Notes under the pieces: generated by a model
What the model was told of the DNA's origin: nothing
Database searches by the model: none
The model's input: only the letters and a program-made list of their open reading frames with translations
In this document: piece after piece, positions 63,167 through 64,000 of the stretch
Layout of the letters: each line of letters opens with the position of its first letter
Numbering within the stretch: position 1 is the first letter of the stretch
DNA from: Saccostrea echinata
Taxonomy: Eukaryota
NCBI RefSeq assembly: GCF_033153115.1
Contig: NW_026889779.1
Location: 5,022,001 to 5,086,000, forward strand
Reading direction: 5' to 3'
DNA length: 64,000 nucleotides
Made by a program: the position numbers and the translations under genes

Positions 63167-64000
63167 TAGATGCAATAATGTCGACATTTTGTGTACTACG
63201 TGCCTCAATGCAGTCTTCCTTCAAGTAGCTGATCTATATTTAACTCATCATTATGCTGAAATGTTAAAAAAAAAATAATGTGTTCTCTTTTCCTCTGACA
63301 GCCTATTTTATAATTTATGCTTTGAATTTGTTTTCCAACTCCCGGCTCCTCGTCACCATGGTCACTATGTAATCAAAGGGAGATCACCCGAGAAACATGT
63401 AGGCTACATCTTTATTTTCTCCCTGAGTGGCCGTGTCGGAATAGCCTAGAATATTAAACAAATTACATCGGATGCAACTAGCAAGACGTATTTATAAAGA
63501 TTGTTTTGCCACCTTACAATACATAAATGTCGTGAAGTCTGCATCGACAACATACACATGGTAAATGTTACGCAATAGAGTCTATTATAACTACATGTAG
63601 CCTATAATATAATTATAACCCATACCCAACATGCGTTTCAGAAATCGCCAGTGGCATTTTAAGACAAAAGATTAATTAATATTTATTTGTGAAAACCTTT
63701 ACTGATCCGAGACCTCTTAACATAAATTATGTTACGAAGTACTGAACCTAGAAAATTCGAGTTGACAAATCAAATAAACAATATAGATTGATTTTACAGA
63801 TCGCGTGTAATTTTTGTGATAGGCCTCTATAAGAAAAATGCCCTATATTGTATAAACGAATAACTTACTACCAAGGCAGTGACAACTCTTTATGGTTTTT
63901 AAGTAATTTCAGTCGCATGCATGCTGTGACCTAGCCAACACATGGAAAAAAAATGTCAAAGGGAGGCTACTTGCTATCTCTTTCTATTTTGAGTTACTCC

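Overview
AT-rich eukaryotic DNA with spliceosomal GT-AG introns. The repeat families resemble those of oysters and other bivalves; this taxon call is inference. The left ~38 kb holds an array of five related, uncharacterised small (80-108 aa) single-pass membrane protein genes. These arose by nested duplications, including a recent head-to-tail duplication (~15968-28567 / ~28568-37687). They sit among Naiad-type Penelope-like retroelements, LINE relics, tRNA-SINEs and MITEs. The right ~20 kb holds two intact multi-exon NRF-6-like (NRF + acyltransferase-3) genes flanking a fragmentary third copy. The main candidate novelty is the type II membrane microprotein family (WQxxxMNQxLx[ED]xxEE...MNLD), with a shared non-coding exon 1 / coding exon 2 layout. 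Paralog comparison also exposes empty transposon sites, recurrent TA-(CATG/CTAG/CTG)-TA footprints, an intron present in one NRF-6 paralog only, and a splice acceptor built from a microsatellite. All coordinates and alignments were read by eye; no database searches were run.
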